Shown here: in pieces, positions 61,301 through 64,000 of the stretch | How the letters are laid out: every line of letters starts with the position of its first letter | How positions within the stretch are numbered: position 1 is the stretch's first letter | DNA from: Bacteroidaceae bacterium | Lineage (GTDB): Bacteria > Bacteroidota > Bacteroidia > Bacteroidales > Bacteroidaceae | Reading direction: 5' to 3' | Assembly (NCBI GenBank): GCA_017503235.1 | Contig: JAFVTL010000141.1 | Coordinates: 5,277 to 69,276 of the forward strand | DNA length: 64,000 nt | Program-made: the position numbers and the translations under genes | The notes under the pieces: model-generated | Told to the model about the DNA's origin: nothing | The model's input: the letters and a program-made list of their open reading frames with translations, nothing else | Databases searched by the model: none

Positions 61301-61493
61301 GACCCAACGTCCCGACCGTGTGATGATGAAAGACGGAGAAGTGGTAGTGGTGGACTTCAAGTTCGGGAAAAAGCATGCCGACTATCACGGTCAGGTGCGT
61401 CATTACATGAGCCTGCTGGCCAGCATGGGATATTCGCACATCCGGGGGTATTTGTGGTATGTATTTAATAATGAAGTGGAAGAGGTTGTTTGA
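58314..61493 (+). CDS. AddA/RecB-like UvrD helicase-nuclease
   Basis: ASAGSGKT, VTFTNKAT, IDEFQDT, VGDVKQSIYRWR, SIHKSKGLE, YVAFTR; C-terminal RPDR..VDFK nuclease. Confidence 0.93.
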   Translation: MANTSQLLVYKASAGSGKTFTLAVEYMKMLIRNPRAYRNILAVTFTNKATTEMKERILGQLYGISIGDKDSKPYLNKLMEELNMEEAEIRQKADEALTRMIHDYSRFRVETIDSFFQSVMRNLARELELGANLNIDLDNLNALSEAVDSLIEKLDRNSPVLYWLLEYIDERIQNDKQWKVAKEIKDFGRDIFKEEYIEKSPALKKTLADKDCIKNYRKTLNELKTEAVEQMKGFGQQFMDTLDMNGLSVADFSYKESGVAGYFLKLQAGNTANNILGTRVKDCMNDASKWVGKTHKRKNEITALVERELIPLLNEAEKLRGKNNRIIHSCDLSLQHANNVRLLANIDEEMRLLNEEKNRFLLADTNALLHQIVREGDPSFVFEKIGSNIRHVMIDEFQDTSRMQWDNFKLLLLEGLAQGADSLIVGDVKQSIYRWRNGDWNILNNLKKKIEAFKVEEKTLDTNRRSKARIVRFNNDFFTAACEGLNEKYREEQNEDCKELKQAYQDVVQKTTDREEKGSVKVTLLSKKEETGYEEDTLQQLAQEVESLMEQGETLNNLAILIRYNRMIPLIADYFDKHTPYRIVSDEAFRLDASLAICMMLDALRYLNNPDNRIAKAQLAAAYQNEVLKKGLDLNSLLLHDLEVYLPAEFVEQTDTLRLMPLYELLEKLFNLFQLSLIEEQDAYLFSFFDKVNEYLKDHSSELTAFIHHWEENLCSKTIPSGEIEGIRILSIHKSKGLEYPTVLIPFCDWKMENSKVSHVWCAPQESPFNALDLVPINYGPAMDESVYHEDFLKERLQLWVDNLNLLYVAFTRPKANLIVWGKQDKAQGTVSELLAQALPQTSCTEQETENGNKVYEWGELCTTQAEEEKEITNKLLVKPEGVDVWMESLDTQIEFKQSNRSTDFIQGEEVDQQKYIQQGELLHQLFAYLRTTEDLSTALKRLRMEGVITSDEQEKEIEKLANWALGHPKVKEWFTGDWELYNECTIISTYKGKVKTQRPDRVMMKDGEVVVVDFKFGKKHADYHGQVRHYMSLLASMGYSHIRGYLWYVFNNEVEEVV

Positions 61494-61597
61494 GTTATGA
61501 GTTATGAGTTGTAGGGACGCATCGCAATGCGTCCGTAAGGAGATAAAGGAGTTAGAGGAGTTATCGCTTCGCTCGTCCTTCGGACAGGGAGTTAAAG
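61491..61597 (+). repeat. Composite intergenic repeat: GAGTTAT heptamers, GTAG REP-like palindrome, AGGAGTTA-type 9-mers
   Basis: TGAGTTATGAGTTATGAGTT, then GTAGGGACGCATCGCAATGCGTCC (61511-61534), then AGGAGATAA-AGGAGTTAG-AGGAGTTAT. Confidence 0.7.
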
Positions 61598-61693
61598 CCA
61601 ATACTCTTGTGGATGTATTCCTTAGTCGAAGCTATCGGCTAACAGGCAAAGCCTGTGATAACTACTTTAACTACTAAAATTAATTAAACATAT

Positions 61694-64000
61694 ATGGAAA
61701 CGTTCTTGAAATTAGTAGCAAGCGATTTGTACAATCGTGCCAACGGAAACCTGGCACGAACGGCAGTGATATTCCCCAACAAACGGGCAGCGTTGTTCTT
61801 CAACGAATACCTGGCCAAGGAAGCGGGAAAACCGATCTGGTCGCCTGCCTACATCACCATCAGCGAACTGTTCAGAAGTATGTCCACACTGGAAGTGGCT
61901 GACCCCACCAAATTGGTGTGCGAGTTGTATAAGGTCTATCGGCAAACTACAGACAGCGAAGAGTCCCTGGACAACTTCTACTTCTGGGGCGAATTGCTCA
62001 TCAGTGACTTTGACGATGCGGACAAGAACTTGGCAAGAACCCAAGACCTCTTCTGCAATCTGAAGGAACTGAAAAGCCTGATGGGCGACCTTTCCTATAT
62101 GGACAAAGAACAGGAAGAGGCTATCCAGCAATTCTTCCATAATTTCTCCATCGAACGCAGAACGGTACTGAAAGAACGCTTCATCTCCTTATGGGATGTC
62201 TTGGGTGACATCTATACCCGCTTCAAAGAGAACCTGAAGCAACAAGGCATTGCCTACGAAGGGATGCTCTATCGGGAAGTGATGGAAACATTCCAGACCG
62301 ACGGCCTCCCCTATGAGACCTATGTGTTTGTGGGATTCAACGTATTGAACAAGGTAGAGCGTCAGTTATTCAAAGCACTGAAAGATGCGGACAAGGCCCT
62401 ATTCTATTGGGATTACGATGAGTTCTACCTGAACAAGCCCCACCACGAAGCCGGCGTGTTCATCAAACAGAACCTGAAGGAGTTCCCCTCTCCGCTCGAC
62501 GCTTCGTGCTTCAATCGTTTGGACAGTCCCAAGGAAATACACTACGTGGCCTCACCTACCGAAAATGCACAAGCCCGCTATCTTCCCCAATGGATTCGGA
62601 AAAACCTCACGGAGAGTGAAAAGGAAATGGCCGTGGTACTGTGCAATGAATCGTTGCTGCAACCGGTGCTACATTCTCTTCCTGAGGATGTGAAGCATGT
62701 GAACATTACCATGGGGTTTCCCCTCTCGCAGACACCCGTCTATAGTTATGTATTGGCTTTGCTCGAGTTGCAGATAAACGGTTTCAATCCGAAGAACGGA
62801 CGATTCCTGTTCGAACAAGTCATGGCGGTGTTGAAACATCCCTATACCCGGCAACAAACCACGGAAGCGGAGGCTTTGGAAAAGAGTCTGACCCAAGACA
62901 ACCGTTTCTACCCCTTGCCCGGTGAATTGAAAAAGGATGAGTTCTTGAGTCATTTATTTACCCCCGTAAGCGGAATATTACCCCTGACCGACTATTTGTT
63001 GGAGGCTTTGCAACAAGTGGCTGTCATCTATCGGAAAGACAAGGAAAAAGAGCAGGATGAGGCTCTCAACCAACTCTATCGGGAGTCGTTGTTCAAGGCT
63101 TATACGACCTTCGGAAGACTCCGTACTTTGATTGAAGAAGGGAAACTGAACATCCAGCCCCACACCTACCGGAAACTAGTTGTCCGGATATTGTCTACCC
63201 TCAATATTCCTTTCCATGGTGAACCGGCCATCGGATTGCAAGTCATGGGGGTGCTCGAGACACGCAACCTCGACTTCCGTCACTTGATACTGCTCTCCAC
63301 CAACGAAGGACAACTCCCGAAGAACGGTGGTGATTCATCCTTTATCCCCTACAATTTGCGGAAAGCATTCGGCATGACGACCATTGAACACAAGATAGCG
63401 GTCTATGCCTATTATTTCTATCGGTTGTTACAACGGGCAGAAAAAGTTACGTTGATGTACAACAACTCGTCGGACGGATTGAACAGGGGGGAATGGAGCC
63501 GCTTCATGCTCCAGTTTCTGATAGAATGGAAGCACCCCATCCTCCTTCAGACACTCCAAGCCAAGCAGTCTCCCCAAGGTAGTACCGCCATCACCCTTCC
63601 GAAGACCCCCGAGGTGATGCAAAAGATGTGGCATCGCTTCAGTTTGGAAGCCAATAAAGACGCGTTGCTCTCCCCTTCTGCATTGAATTGCTACCTGGAT
63701 TGTACTCTCCGCTTCTATTTCAAATATGTAGCCCGACTGAAAGCACCCGAGGAGGTGAATGCAGACATTGATTCGGCTACCTTCGGAAGTATCTTCCACT
63801 TGGCTGCCGAGAATATCTACAAAGACCTGACGGCTCACGGGAAGGTCATCAACAAGGAAACGATAGAAGCGTTGCTGAAGCATCCCCTCAAATTGGAAAG
63901 TTATGTGGACAATGCTTTCAAGGAATTGTTCTTCCATATTCCACAAGAGGAAAAGTCCGAATATAACGGTACGCAACTCATCAATTCGGAAGTCATTGTC
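61694..64000 (+). CDS. AddB-like PD-(D/E)XK nuclease family protein (3' truncated by window)
   Basis: Not in the ORF track. Reads METFLKLVASDLY..VIFPNKRA; later GLQVMGVLETRNLDF and LSPSALNCYLDC; follows the AddA-like gene. Confidence 0.88.
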   Translation, partial: METFLKLVASDLYNRANGNLARTAVIFPNKRAALFFNEYLAKEAGKPIWSPAYITISELFRSMSTLEVADPTKLVCELYKVYRQTTDSEESLDNFYFWGELLISDFDDADKNLARTQDLFCNLKELKSLMGDLSYMDKEQEEAIQQFFHNFSIERRTVLKERFISLWDVLGDIYTRFKENLKQQGIAYEGMLYREVMETFQTDGLPYETYVFVGFNVLNKVERQLFKALKDADKALFYWDYDEFYLNKPHHEAGVFIKQNLKEFPSPLDASCFNRLDSPKEIHYVASPTENAQARYLPQWIRKNLTESEKEMAVVLCNESLLQPVLHSLPEDVKHVNITMGFPLSQTPVYSYVLALLELQINGFNPKNGRFLFEQVMAVLKHPYTRQQTTEAEALEKSLTQDNRFYPLPGELKKDEFLSHLFTPVSGILPLTDYLLEALQQVAVIYRKDKEKEQDEALNQLYRESLFKAYTTFGRLRTLIEEGKLNIQPHTYRKLVVRILSTLNIPFHGEPAIGLQVMGVLETRNLDFRHLILLSTNEGQLPKNGGDSSFIPYNLRKAFGMTTIEHKIAVYAYYFYRLLQRAEKVTLMYNNSSDGLNRGEWSRFMLQFLIEWKHPILLQTLQAKQSPQGSTAITLPKTPEVMQKMWHRFSLEANKDALLSPSALNCYLDCTLRFYFKYVARLKAPEEVNADIDSATFGSIFHLAAENIYKDLTAHGKVINKETIEALLKHPLKLESYVDNAFKELFFHIPQEEKSEYNGTQLINSEVIV

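Overview
Bacteroidales (Bacteroides/Phocaeicola-like) chromosomal segment, judged by the short primary sigma factor, TAnnTTTG promoters and gene content. Positions 1-12.4 kb are an accessory defence island read on the minus strand: vapE-like NTPase, dinD, a 909-aa fusion (PUA/EVE-like domain + MORC-type GHKL ATPase + histidine kinase), a receiver-domain protein with an unassigned C-terminal domain, a C5 DNA methyltransferase, McrB with an E. coli-type methylcytosine-reading N-domain, rhuM, and a DUF2357/PD-(D/E)XK McrC-like nuclease interrupted by one in-frame TAG. This module is the best candidate for a poorly described system. The rest is core genome: nadC, rlmH, pepD, perR-rubrerythrin, nadE, hisGDCB with a leader attenuator, ettA, panB, rpoD, htrA, rnpB, an efflux pump with a LytTR two-component system, pulA, ruvC, tRNA-Ala, a GH35 enzyme and addAB-like genes. 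Non-coding structure includes a 22-bp-period palindrome array, a MITE-like element, a two-copy promoter-bearing hairpin and REP-like repeats. NadE lacks its glutaminase catalytic Cys. All family assignments come from motif recognition by eye; no searches were run.
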